DNA from: a virus
Lineage: Duplodnaviria > Caudoviricetes
Reading direction: 5' to 3' (one strand)
DNA length: 26,885 bases
IMG/VR virus record: IMGVR_UViG_3300010239_000031
Location: 1-26,885 of that record
Positions within the stretch are counted from its first letter, which is position 1. The number at the start of each line of letters is the position of its first letter. This document shows, piece after piece, positions 1-6,783 of the stretch. Under the pieces are notes generated by a model that was given only the letters and a program-made list of their open reading frames with translations, was not told the DNA's origin and did not search any database. Both the position numbers and the translations under genes were made by a program.

Positions 1-462
1 CTATACTGGGATTCCCCTCTCAAGAAGTATCTTGGCGAGTTCTTCCTCAGAGACACCATAAATCCTACTAGCAAGCTGTATAAGATCCTCCCCATTCCCA
101 TTCACAACATCCCGTGGAGAGTGTAACCCTCTTTCCTCCAGCCTATCAATGACAAATCGCACAGCTTCCCTGCACTCCCAGGATTGCTCCTTAGGGAGTC
201 GCTCTGTCTCCTCAAGTATCTCTCTTTCTCTCCTCTGTAATTCCTCGAGTTCTTTCTCCAACCTCTCCCTCTTATCCCATATCCTCTTCAGCTCCTCCTC
301 AAGCTCCTGCCCGTATAACTCAGGGATGATCCCCTGGTTCTTACGCAGCATCCTGGCGAAGTACTCAATGGCATCAGCGAATGTGTACTTACTCTTCTTT
401 ATAGTGTCCCTATCCACCTCTGAAACCCTGACACTTACCATCACAGACTTCGGGGGTTTCAT
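1..462 (-). CDS. Putative RHH-type DNA-binding protein with coiled coil
   Basis: N-terminal VMVSVRVSEVDRDTIK beta-helix pattern, E/R/L heptads in the middle; ATGA overlap with the upstream ORF. Confidence 0.6.
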   Translation of the reverse strand: MKPPKSVMVSVRVSEVDRDTIKKSKYTFADAIEYFARMLRKNQGIIPELYGQELEEELKRIWDKRERLEKELEELQRREREILEETERLPKEQSWECREAVRFVIDRLEERGLHSPRDVVNGNGEDLIQLASRIYGVSEEELAKILLERGIPV

Positions 463-740
463 GAGGATTCCCCCTCTATTGTTTCTCTCCTCTCTTTCTC
501 CTGGTATTCCCTCCTCTTTTCATCCCTCCTCCTGCAGGCCTCCTCATGCTCCAGGGCCATCCTACGCAACACCTCCTCGACACGGACCTCGTCTATGAGA
601 TCATAGACACTCATCGATTCTCTGAAGTAGTAGTTCATCTGGTTCAGGAAGAGCTGCATCACCCTCCCAATATCCACATTATTCTCAACAAAGAACCGGT
701 AGAGGCCATCATCAACTCTTAACTTCACATCCACGAGCAT
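459..740 (-). CDS. Hypothetical protein, RHH/antitoxin-like N-terminus
   Basis: VDVKLRVDDGLYRFFVENNVDIGRVMQLFL; GGAGGGGG RBS; coupled to neighbours. Confidence 0.55.
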   Translation of the reverse strand: MLVDVKLRVDDGLYRFFVENNVDIGRVMQLFLNQMNYYFRESMSVYDLIDEVRVEEVLRRMALEHEEACRRRDEKRREYQEKERRETIEGESS

Positions 741-821
741 TCATCCCCCCTCCGCGATGTAGTGATGCTCCTTGAGTATCTCATCATCCATTGTTATCGT
801 TGTAACCCCCAGGGCGTTCAC
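741..821 (-). CDS. Small ORF, 26 aa (MNALGVTTITMDDEILKEHHYIAEGG), not in ORF track
   Basis: GTGA overlap with the upstream stop, TGA directly abutting the next ATG; fills the gap exactly. Confidence 0.4.
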   Translation of the reverse strand: MNALGVTTITMDDEILKEHHYIAEGG

Positions 822-1057
822 CCCCTGACTGAGTATAGAGTGACAGGTTTCCCATGCCTATTCCGAGTACACCCTGAGGGGCGGGCCACCCGGCGGGTGT
901 GTATTGTGACAGCCTGCCGGGTGGCCTCATATTTCCTCCCGAAGGTGTACTTGGTGTGGAGGAGTCGCTGCAGCTCCTCCACGGTCAAGTCACCATGTTC
1001 ATGTAGTAGTTCCCTTATCGCGTCCTGGAGGTCTTTCCGGCTACAGATTGTCTGCAT
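818..1057 (-). CDS. Winged-helix-like DNA-binding protein (79 aa; start re-called at MQTICS)
   Basis: LQDAIRELLHEHGDLTVEELQRLL...TRQAV pattern; GGAGGT RBS before the ATG at 1057. Confidence 0.6.
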   Translation of the reverse strand: MQTICSRKDLQDAIRELLHEHGDLTVEELQRLLHTKYTFGRKYEATRQAVTIHTRRVARPSGCTRNRHGKPVTLYSVRG

Positions 1058-1148
1058 CCTCTTTAACCTCCACTGTTTCATCGTGGGCCCATTCGATGAG
1101 GTTCTTCCATGCGGATATCGCTTCCAGTATTTCATCTGCATCCGGCAT
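1041..1148 (-). CDS. Small acidic ORF, 35 aa (MPDADEILEAISAWKNLIEWAHDETVEVKEDADNL), not in ORF track
   Basis: GGGGGATGA RBS; amphipathic helix; overlaps both neighbours. Confidence 0.5.
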   Translation of the reverse strand: MPDADEILEAISAWKNLIEWAHDETVEVKEDADNL

Positions 1149-1269
1149 CCGAATCATCCCCCATATCATCATCCATATCTAACTTTACTCGTTGGGGCTT
1201 GCTCCAGGGGCATTCTTTTTCCTTGCAGCGCCCCAAGATGTAATGGCTGCACTGGACAGTCACCTTCAT
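1132..1269 (-). CDS. Small Cys-rich ORF, 45 aa (MKVTVQCSHYILGRCKEKECPWSK...), possible zinc finger, not in ORF track
   Basis: ATG abuts the upstream TGA, G-rich RBS, C-x7-C-x4-C spacing. Confidence 0.5.
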   Translation of the reverse strand: MKVTVQCSHYILGRCKEKECPWSKPQRVKLDMDDDMGDDSDAGCR

Positions 1270-1527
1270 TCATTCACCCCCCCCCTCATGCGTAGAATCA
1301 CTGAGGAGGTATCGGAGCACCGCCCAGCAATGTTTGCACAGGTAGGATCCCTCCTCCCCATGACGATAATAATAGTCAGGGCACTCACATCTCATCATAT
1401 TGTCTAGGACAGTGACAAGATACTCCCCACTCCCTGACCTCACGATGAAGGCGAGGAGGGAGGGGTCATCCTCCTCCACGGCTTCAACCTTGAGTTCCTG
1501 GGATTTCAGAACACGATCCCATACCAT
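1270..1527 (-). CDS. SWIM zinc-finger protein
   Basis: VRSGSGEYLV...CECPDY...CKHCWAV (CxC-xn-CxH). Confidence 0.8.
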   Translation of the reverse strand: MVWDRVLKSQELKVEAVEEDDPSLLAFIVRSGSGEYLVTVLDNMMRCECPDYYYRHGEEGSYLCKHCWAVLRYLLSDSTHEGGGE

Positions 1528-1708
1528 CTACTCCCCCCCTTATGTACTCCGCCTCTAGGTTCACGTAATCCATGTAGTAAAGGAGGGCGTCGTTAATGAT
1601 CTGGTTCATGCTAACCTTCACGCCCTCCTCCCTGGCTGTTTCAACCAGTTCCTTCAGGTAGGCATAGACCCCCTCAGGTAGGGTTATTGATGTCCTGACA
1701 TACTCCAT
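1484..1708 (-). CDS. Ribbon-helix-helix transcription regulator
   Basis: RTSITLPEGVYAYLKELV...VSMNQIINDALLYY; GGTGGTGGTG RBS. Confidence 0.8.
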   Translation of the reverse strand: MEYVRTSITLPEGVYAYLKELVETAREEGVKVSMNQIINDALLYYMDYVNLEAEYIRGGVDGMGSCSEIPGTQG

Positions 1709-1719
1709 GACACCACCAC

Positions 1720-2250
1720 CTATGCCTCTAATTTCTCTTTGATCCTGAGGTAATCGGACTCTGTGATCCGACCCTCAGTGTAGATGTTATCTAATTCTTC
1801 AAGCACGTTCGTCCTGGTGGCTTCCCCTCTTCTGGCCCTTGTCAACATGATTAGGGCCTTTAATTCTTTGTCATCACTGAAATCCTCTTCACTGAGGACC
1901 CCCAGTTTCATGGGTTTGTGGTGGCCTAGTTTCTTCACTTTCACTGTGTAACTGTGGTACTCCGCACCCTTCTGGGATCTTGCTTTACCATTGTATGTGA
2001 TCCAGACACCCCATCCTTCCTGTATCCTGTCAAAGTATTTCTCCAGGGCCTTGTGGCCTTTCACGTAGTATTCCCCGTCTGCTGTTTGGAGGGTCATGAC
2101 TTTTAGGCTGCCGAGTTTTGTGTGTATCTCCTTGATGCCTTTGCAGATGCCACGTATACTTTCTCCCTCCATGGGGTTCCAGAACATTGCTGATTCGTTC
2201 AGGTCTTCCCATCCTTTATCATTCTCTAATTCCAGTAGCAGGTCATTCAA
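1720..2250 (-). CDS. Putative OB-fold single-stranded DNA-binding protein
   Basis: FWNP-EGESIRG...YYVKGHKAL...GVWITYNGK...YHSYTV beta-rich aromatic pattern seen in viral SSB-like proteins. Confidence 0.5.
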   Translation of the reverse strand: MNDLLLELENDKGWEDLNESAMFWNPMEGESIRGICKGIKEIHTKLGSLKVMTLQTADGEYYVKGHKALEKYFDRIQEGWGVWITYNGKARSQKGAEYHSYTVKVKKLGHHKPMKLGVLSEEDFSDDKELKALIMLTRARRGEATRTNVLEELDNIYTEGRITESDYLRIKEKLEA

Positions 2251-2253
2251 TAT

Positions 2254-2511
2254 TCACACCCCCTTTAAGAGTTTTTTAAGCATTTCCAGCTTCCCATAAG
2301 GACTGAGTCTGAAGTATTCAGTGGGGACATTCACACCCGCCTTTCTTAGGTGCTCCAGGCCAGCTTCGGCCCATGCATCCATCCTTATACGTGAAGTTTT
2401 CCTCTCAGCTATTCTCGCAGCTAACCTGGCGAGTGATAGATGGTCTCGGGGTGTCCTGGAGAACATCTCAAGGTCATGGTATTCATCCATTAATCCCATA
2501 ACATCAACCAC
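2254..2511 (-). CDS. Hypothetical protein
   Basis: ORF tightly packed in the leftward operon. Confidence 0.6.
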   Translation of the reverse strand: MVDVMGLMDEYHDLEMFSRTPRDHLSLARLAARIAERKTSRIRMDAWAEAGLEHLRKAGVNVPTEYFRLSPYGKLEMLKKLLKGV

Positions 2512-2634
2512 CTACAATCCAAATGTGTGGTATGGTGCAACTTCGAGTGTCTTCATAAATCCCATGAAAATGAAAAGGAGGAGTATTAGGAGGATGAGGA
2601 TCACAGCACTCATGTTCAGATCGGACATCACCAT
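2512..2634 (-). CDS. Small single-TM protein, 40 aa (MVMSDLNMSAVILILLILLLFIFMGFMKTLEVAPYHTFGL), not in ORF track
   Basis: One strongly hydrophobic helix; GGGGGATGA RBS; coupled on both sides. Confidence 0.6.
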   Translation of the reverse strand: MVMSDLNMSAVILILLILLLFIFMGFMKTLEVAPYHTFGL

Positions 2635-2768
2635 TCATCCCCCTTCTCAAGGTCTAGTTTTAGCCATTTCAGCACATCATCCACAGTCTTCCGGTACTTG
2701 TGTATATCGTCAATGTCTCTTGCTAGAAGGAGGCGGTTGTAAAGTTCCTTTTTTGTCAGAGACATCAT
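2628..2768 (-). CDS. Small ORF, 46 aa (MMSLTKKELYNRLLLARDIDDIHKYRKTVDDVLKWLKLDLEKGDEW), not in ORF track
   Basis: ATGA overlap with the upstream stop, GGGGGG RBS, helical composition. Confidence 0.6.
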   Translation of the reverse strand: MMSLTKKELYNRLLLARDIDDIHKYRKTVDDVLKWLKLDLEKGDEW

Positions 2769-3217
2769 TTATACCCCCCCATAACGGCCTCATATTCTGT
2801 GTTGTACTCATCCACGAGTTCATCGTCGCTGTATGATATGATGTCAAGGTATGCGAGCCTCACGATCTTAGGGGTGATGATGACATCCCCCTCCCCTTTT
2901 TCACGGAGTGTTTTGACCCTTGCGAGGCTACCGGCGTCATCAAATAGCTGGTTGGCCAGGGCCTGGATCATACTCTCTAACTCACACATTGCCGCAGGTG
3001 TTATGATGGCCTTGTTTGGGTTCCTGATCCCCATGTGTTTCTCGTGGATTTGAGCTTCTAGGGCCTCGCGGGGGTTTTGGATTTTTACCCTGACCCCTGC
3101 GTGGTCCCTGTAGGTTTCGAGGGCTTCTTCTATTTCTTCAGGATATCCCGTTTCACGGGTTTCCTTGTATTTCATCCAGGTTTCCAGTTTTTTCCCAAGA
3201 ACAATTTTTTCTTCCAT
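2765..3217 (-). CDS. Divergent histone-fold protein
   Basis: Residues 71-100 IITPAAMCELESMIQALANQLFDDAGSLAR align without gaps to archaeal histone L1/alpha2 (RVSDDARITLAKILEEMGRDIASEAIKLAR); ITPKIVRLAY matches alpha3 (IKAEDIELAV). Confidence 0.65.
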   Translation of the reverse strand: MEEKIVLGKKLETWMKYKETRETGYPEEIEEALETYRDHAGVRVKIQNPREALEAQIHEKHMGIRNPNKAIITPAAMCELESMIQALANQLFDDAGSLARVKTLREKGEGDVIITPKIVRLAYLDIISYSDDELVDEYNTEYEAVMGGYK

Positions 3218-3240
3218 TTAAGTCGCCGCCTTTTGCTTTT

Positions 3241-3330
3241 GTGATCTAAAATATTATCTTTATAATATATAAATCTTTTTATCTTTAATTCTTTATTATA
3301 TTTATACTAAAGATAAGTTTTTTATGTGAT
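3241..3330. promoter_or_regulatory. Divergent promoter region with TTATCTTTA operator-like repeats
   Basis: AT-rich with TATA-like boxes on both strands; TTATCTTTA at 3254-3262 and 3279-3287, inverted copy at 3308-3316. Confidence 0.65.
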
Positions 3331-3348
3331 GCTACATGAGTAACTATC

Positions 3349-3528
3349 ATGAAAGATAAAGAAGAAAAGAAAGTCCCTGTGAACTTGAGAGTATCTGAAA
3401 AAAAATTGAAAATATTCAAGGCAATTGCGATGCTTAAATTCGAAAAAAACCCCATAACATCTGCTTGGGAAGAAGCGATAGACCTCTTCATCGAGCAAAA
3501 TAAGAAATACCTCGATGAAATCAAGTAA
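3349..3528 (+). CDS. RHH repressor candidate, 59 aa (MKDKEEKKVPVNLRVSEKKLKIFKAIAMLKFEKNPITSAWEEAIDLFIEQNKKYLDEIK), not in ORF track
   Basis: Typical RHH beta-strand (VPVNLRV) plus two helices; divergent from the early operon. Confidence 0.8.
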   Translation: MKDKEEKKVPVNLRVSEKKLKIFKAIAMLKFEKNPITSAWEEAIDLFIEQNKKYLDEIK

Positions 3529-3539
3529 ATTTCTCTCAG

Positions 3540-3570
3540 GCCCCCTTTCCGGTCGCCGCCTAAAGGGGGC
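3540..3570. terminator. 9-bp GC stem-loop after the repressor gene
   Basis: GCCCCCTTT (3540-3548) / AAAGGGGGC (3562-3570). Confidence 0.5.
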
Positions 3571-3617
3571 GCCTCTCTCTCATACACCACCCCTCTTATT
3601 CTGGAACCAAACCCCGC

Positions 3618-3752
3618 CAAGGGGCATCTATATATACCCTTGCCTCTTATAACTATCACATAGCATCCCACCCAGACCTGGGATGCGACCCCCCAAACCC
3701 TAGAGGGAGTGGAACATGGTGGGCAGACCATTAAACCCCTAGGGTCTGGGGG
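3618..3752. other. Structured non-coding element (possible ncRNA or 3' UTR)
   Basis: Stems CAAGGG/CCCTTG, GCATCCCA/TGGGATGC (3663-3686), and a 17-bp stem 3690-3706/3736-3752. Confidence 0.45.
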
Positions 3753-3817
3753 ACACCCTACAAGGGATAATCAGGAGAAAATAAATAATACCCTTAACGT
3801 GGGAGAGCCCCTGAAAA

Positions 3818-5026
3818 CTAATCACTTATTCTTCGCAGGAACTCAGGGTCAGACATGATAACATTGTAAAGCTTCTCAGTCTTCTTCACCCACTCTCTTA
3901 ACTTCTCCTGAGACTCACGCAATTCTTTAATCTCATTCTCCTTCTCTTCCAGTTCTTTCACAATCTCACGAACCTCAGGGGCCATTACTCGTCTTGTAAC
4001 AGTCTTCTCAAAAGTCAAAGATCGCATCCTTTTTCTGTATTCTCTTTCAAGGTGATCTATATTCACTTTGAAATACGCCTCTGTGACTGGATTCACTTTA
4101 TGACCAAGCAGCCAATCAATTGCCAGCTTATCCATTCCCTCCTTATAAAGGATGGTCGTGAAAAGCTTCCTAAGTTTGTGGGAAGTTAAACGACGATTAC
4201 CCGCTGCATCCCTTCCAAGATAGAATCTGTCATTAAGACGATTGAAAATGTTAGCATAAGTGATCGGTTTGAGTCTATCTCCATTTTGAGTTGAAAATAG
4301 AGGCTGAGTCTCTTTTAAAGGTCCTCCATTTAATCGACGGTACCTTAGATAGTCAAGGATTTTTATATTAGCCTCAGGAGTGCTGAAAGTAACATATGGC
4401 ATTCCTGTCTTTACTCTATTTACCTTCCAAACTCCAACAATCTCTTCATCTTGTATGCGTTTTCTGGCATCCTCATAATCCTCTCCGAGGACATTGAAAC
4501 CTATGGCCTTATTATAATCAACAACATTGAGTCTTCGAAGTTCCGCGGATCCCATCCCACTGGTGAGGTGCAGGAGGATCATGGCTTTTTCCCGTGGATG
4601 GGTGTTGTCCAGGACATTTTTGATCTCATGGAGATTTATAAGATCATCCATGGATTTATTTTCAGGTCGAATTTTGTATGTGATCTTTGGGGGGTCAATC
4701 TCATATTCATTGTATAGTGCTTTGATTTTGGAGATGTATAATCTGATAGTTGATCCTTTGACCCCCTGGTCTTGTAGGTGTTGAATGTATTTTAGGAAAT
4801 ATTGTCTGATCTTGCGTTTTCTTCTTTTAACCCCTGAATCTTCCTCTTTTTCCGCTTCTTCTATTAATTCTGTGATTGTTTTTCCTGTGACTTGTGAGTA
4901 GTGTTGTATTGCTGCAATGTATGTCTCTATAGTTTTTTCTTTTATGTTCCTGGAAAATATGAATTCTTGTAGGAGAGGGTCTTGGAGAAGTTCTTCTTTT
5001 GTTGGGTGTGTTTTCTTGGTGGGCAT
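3818..5026 (-). CDS. int: Tyrosine recombinase / integrase (402 aa; start re-called at MPTKKTHP)
   Basis: SAM-like N-domain, VKTG, HKLRK, LLGH and AYF catalytic motifs; C-terminal coiled coil. Confidence 0.9.
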   Translation of the reverse strand: MPTKKTHPTKEELLQDPLLQEFIFSRNIKEKTIETYIAAIQHYSQVTGKTITELIEEAEKEEDSGVKRRKRKIRQYFLKYIQHLQDQGVKGSTIRLYISKIKALYNEYEIDPPKITYKIRPENKSMDDLINLHEIKNVLDNTHPREKAMILLHLTSGMGSAELRRLNVVDYNKAIGFNVLGEDYEDARKRIQDEEIVGVWKVNRVKTGMPYVTFSTPEANIKILDYLRYRRLNGGPLKETQPLFSTQNGDRLKPITYANIFNRLNDRFYLGRDAAGNRRLTSHKLRKLFTTILYKEGMDKLAIDWLLGHKVNPVTEAYFKVNIDHLEREYRKRMRSLTFEKTVTRRVMAPEVREIVKELEEKENEIKELRESQEKLREWVKKTEKLYNVIMSDPEFLRRISD

Positions 5027-5073
5027 GGATGGTATGTATACTCGCATTGCAAATAAAAATATACAATAATAGA

Positions 5074-5090
5074 AAATTTTTAATAATAAA
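5074..5090 (-). repeat. att-like 17-bp core, left copy (inverted relative to 25169-25185)
   Basis: AAATTTTTAATAATAAA is the exact reverse complement of TTTATTATTAAAAATTT at 25169-25185; about 50 bp upstream of int. Confidence 0.65.
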
Positions 5091-5167
5091 GTTATCCCCA
5101 CTGTTTTTTAATGACAATTAACCCGCCGTCCTGAAAAACAACTTAGCCTATTCGAAACTCTTTGAGA

Positions 5168-5247
5168 GGGGCAATCTATTAGACTCCGAGAATTAGATTT
5201 ATGCTAATTTTTATAGTCTATGCCCCCATATTAGAGTAAATATGGGG
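5168..5247. promoter_or_regulatory. Nested and competing inverted repeats ahead of the late region
   Basis: GGGGCA/TGCCCC, TAGACT/AGTCTA, AATTAG/CTAATT nested; CCCCATATT/AATATGGGG stem covers the ATG at 5242. Confidence 0.45.
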
Positions 5248-5595
5248 ATAATTGAGTCTTTAAGCAGAAGATATGAGCATTCAGGGTGGAAATACGCTCA
5301 ACACTACTTTTTCCTCCATGCTATCAGACCAGACCTCAACCTGAATGAAGGGGACATAGAGAGGATACTGCACATACTCAAGAAAGTGGGAGTCAAGGAA
5401 CTTCACAGAAAAGCCTCCATGGAGCAGGTGCTCCTGGCACTCGCTGTCTTCGTGAAGGAGGAAGGGGGGCACCCTGTCCCACTGGATAGGTACAGGATCC
5501 TCAAGGAGTATTCCGTTGATTACAAATTATACACGACAGTACTCCGGAACCTTCTGCAATATTACCGGGCTAGAACACCAACTGTCAGAGGGTAG
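5242..5595 (+). CDS. TFB/TFIIB cyclin-repeat-like protein
   Basis: LNLNEGDIERILHILKKVGVKELHRKASMEQVLLALAVFVKEEGGHPVPLD follows the TFB repeat pattern L-x-L...I.K...L.R..S.E.V..A...G.P..LD. Confidence 0.55.
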   Translation: MGIIESLSRRYEHSGWKYAQHYFFLHAIRPDLNLNEGDIERILHILKKVGVKELHRKASMEQVLLALAVFVKEEGGHPVPLDRYRILKEYSVDYKLYTTVLRNLLQYYRARTPTVRG

Positions 5596-5598
5596 AGC

Positions 5599-5811
5599 GT
5601 GGAGGACTACCTGTTATTCAAGTTGAAGGTATGGGATAATTTCAATCTTATCCTGGCAGGTGAGGATGAATGCCCTGAGTGTGGCTGTAAACACTTTGAT
5701 TTTGACGCTGAGTACAATCTCTGCTGTCAGAACTGCGGATTGGTCCTGGCAGCTATCCACCCCTACGTTGCTGGGGAGCGTATTGATTTGCCCTGGGGTC
5801 TCCTCCTCTAA
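5599..5811 (+). CDS. TFIIB-type zinc-ribbon protein
   Basis: CPECG...FD......CQNCGLVL followed by IDLPW. Confidence 0.75.
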   Translation: MEDYLLFKLKVWDNFNLILAGEDECPECGCKHFDFDAEYNLCCQNCGLVLAAIHPYVAGERIDLPWGLLL

Positions 5812-5857
5812 TTCATGCAATTTTTTCTGGTAAGTCTGCAGATTTCACGACTACGTC

Positions 5858-5872
5858 ACAATATATAATAAA
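5858..5872 (+). promoter_or_regulatory. Putative late TATA box
   Basis: AATATATAATA about 30 bp upstream of the ATG at 5894 (AGGAGG RBS); T-tract at 5820-5826 may end the upstream transcript. Confidence 0.45.
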
Positions 5873-5893
5873 GGAAAACTTAGGAGGATCCCC

Positions 5894-6040
5894 ATGGATA
5901 AGGAGACAACTGCACTCACAGGATTAATCTTCATAGCACTCGCAGCACTCTATCTCCAAAAATATGAGATAGCAACAGCTTGCGTCGGAGCAATAGCAGG
6001 ATACATCACACAGACAGAAAAACGAGAGGGAACAGAGTGA
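5894..6040 (+). CDS. Small two-helix membrane protein, 48 aa (MDKETTALTGLIFIALAALYLQKYEIATACVGAIAGYITQTEKREGTE), holin candidate, not in ORF track
   Basis: AGGAGG RBS, two hydrophobic segments, charged C-tail, GTGA overlap with the next gene. Confidence 0.65.
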   Translation: MDKETTALTGLIFIALAALYLQKYEIATACVGAIAGYITQTEKREGTE

Positions 6041-6270
6041 CACATGAATGCACACATGACGATGATTGGAAGGAGTACCAGGAGTTCAAGGAGGAGATCA
6101 GGGCCTTCATTGCGGGGAAGAACATCCAGAACGGTGTCACCCAAGTGAACATCAAGGAACTAAAAGAAGAGATACAGTCACTAGAACGGAAACTCGACAG
6201 ACTACTATTCATATTCATCACAGCATTCATCACGCTCATCACAACAGCCCTCATCACAATCATACAATAA
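6037..6270 (+). CDS. Coiled-coil protein with C-terminal TM (XhlA/holin-like architecture); start re-called at GTG 6037
   Basis: IKELKEEIQSLERKLDRLLFIFITAFITLITTALITII. Confidence 0.6.
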   Translation: MTHECTHDDDWKEYQEFKEEIRAFIAGKNIQNGVTQVNIKELKEEIQSLERKLDRLLFIFITAFITLITTALITIIQ

Positions 6271-6291
6271 AACGCACTTGGGGGGACACCC

Positions 6292-6783
6292 GTGAGGGGA
6301 GAAGAACAAGAACACATAGACGCATTCAACCTATACTTCCAGCTCAGACAACAAGGACACAACAAAACTGAAGCTGTACGCAGAGTGGCAGCTAAGCACA
6401 GTGTAAGTGAAACGACTGTGTGGATGTGGAAGAAGAAGTTCCGCTGGGATGAACGTGAGAGTGTCAGGGCTGCTGAGGTGAACAGAAAGGTTGAGGAGCA
6501 TTTAAATGAACAACTCGCTGATTTTAAGGCACAATATCTCGGATTGCTGAATGACATGATTTTTCAGGTGATTGAGGAGCGTGAAGTTGACAGTGAAGTT
6601 GCGCTTCAGATCACTTCAATAACTGATCTTGAGAGGGTTGTCAAGTTAGCTCTCCTAATCCAGGGTGAATCCACGGAGAGGGTTGAGGAGGGTGTTAAAG
6701 CTGAATACGACCCAGAACTCATCAGAAAGATTGGTAGAAAGCTTATACAGGAACGAAGAAAGGGACAAGATACTGGCACGTGA
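6292..6783 (+). CDS. terS: Terminase small subunit
   Basis: N-terminal HTH (AVRRVAAKHSVSETTVWMWKKKFRWDER), directly before TerL. Confidence 0.75.
   Translation: MRGEEQEHIDAFNLYFQLRQQGHNKTEAVRRVAAKHSVSETTVWMWKKKFRWDERESVRAAEVNRKVEEHLNEQLADFKAQYLGLLNDMIFQVIEEREVDSEVALQITSITDLERVVKLALLIQGESTERVEEGVKAEYDPELIRKIGRKLIQERRKGQDTGT

Noticed and set aside
149-3053. Plus-strand ORFs (149-598, 762-1295, 2321-2836, 2799-3053 and others)
   Set aside because: Ser-rich antisense shadows of a gapless minus-strand operon
3285-3731. 148-aa minus-strand ORF from the track
   Set aside because: Antisense shadow over the convincing RHH gene and the structured region; composition is not protein-like
5027-5101. 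25-aa hydrophobic N-terminal extension of the integrase in the ORF track
   Set aside because: It runs through the AT-rich att-like core and promoter region, so it is probably not translated
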